From positions 3,852,632-3,872,631 of the forward strand of contig NC_057753.1 of the NCBI RefSeq assembly GCF_004010195.1: a DNA stretch of 20,000 nt, given 5' to 3'. How positions within the stretch are numbered: the first letter of the stretch is position 1; every line of letters starts with the position of its first letter. Under the pieces are notes generated by a model. That model was not told where the DNA came from and did not search any database. It saw only the letters and a program-made list of their open reading frames with translations. Positions 19,870-20,000 of the stretch are shown here, piece by piece. The DNA comes from Chiloscyllium plagiosum. Its lineage: Eukaryota. The position numbers and the translations under genes were made by a program.

Positions 19870-20000
19870 CTTGGAGAAATCATGCACATGGATAGCAGTG
19901 AATTGAGGGGTGCATAGGTTGTTATTTTAGTTTGCATTCGGATTAATCCTCAGCACAACATCGTGGGCCAAAGGGCCTGTTCTGTGCTGTACTTTTTCTA
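19870..20000 (+). mobile_element. CR1 LINE 3' tail fragment
   Basis: gcacatggatagcagtgaattgagggg...cagcacaacatcgtgggccaaagggcctgttctgtgctgtactttttcta. Confidence 0.75.

Overview
Repeat-rich vertebrate genomic DNA. The repeat set (HE1-type tRNA-derived SINEs, CR1/HER1-type LINEs, Penelope-like elements) points to a shark, possibly a carpet/bamboo shark; this is inference. The window holds two convergently oriented paralogous class A GPCR genes of the GPR139/GPR142-like type, about 70% identical at the protein level by hand alignment. Gene 1 has its main coding exon at 1753-2684 (+); its first exon is probably left of the window. Gene 2 is complete on the - strand, with a 70-nt first exon at 19254-19185 that the ORF track misses and a main exon at 16692-15803 (319 aa in total). 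The 13 kb between them contains a Penelope-like GIY-YIG fragment with a minimal hammerhead ribozyme core, several derived copies with 11-16 bp target duplications, and an unexplained degenerate ~1.3 kb tandem duplication (about 4560-8430). It also contains a nested stack of old CR1, solo LTR (TTAG target duplication), younger CR1 and SINE insertions. No database searches were run; family assignments come from recognised motifs and repeat boundaries are approximate.
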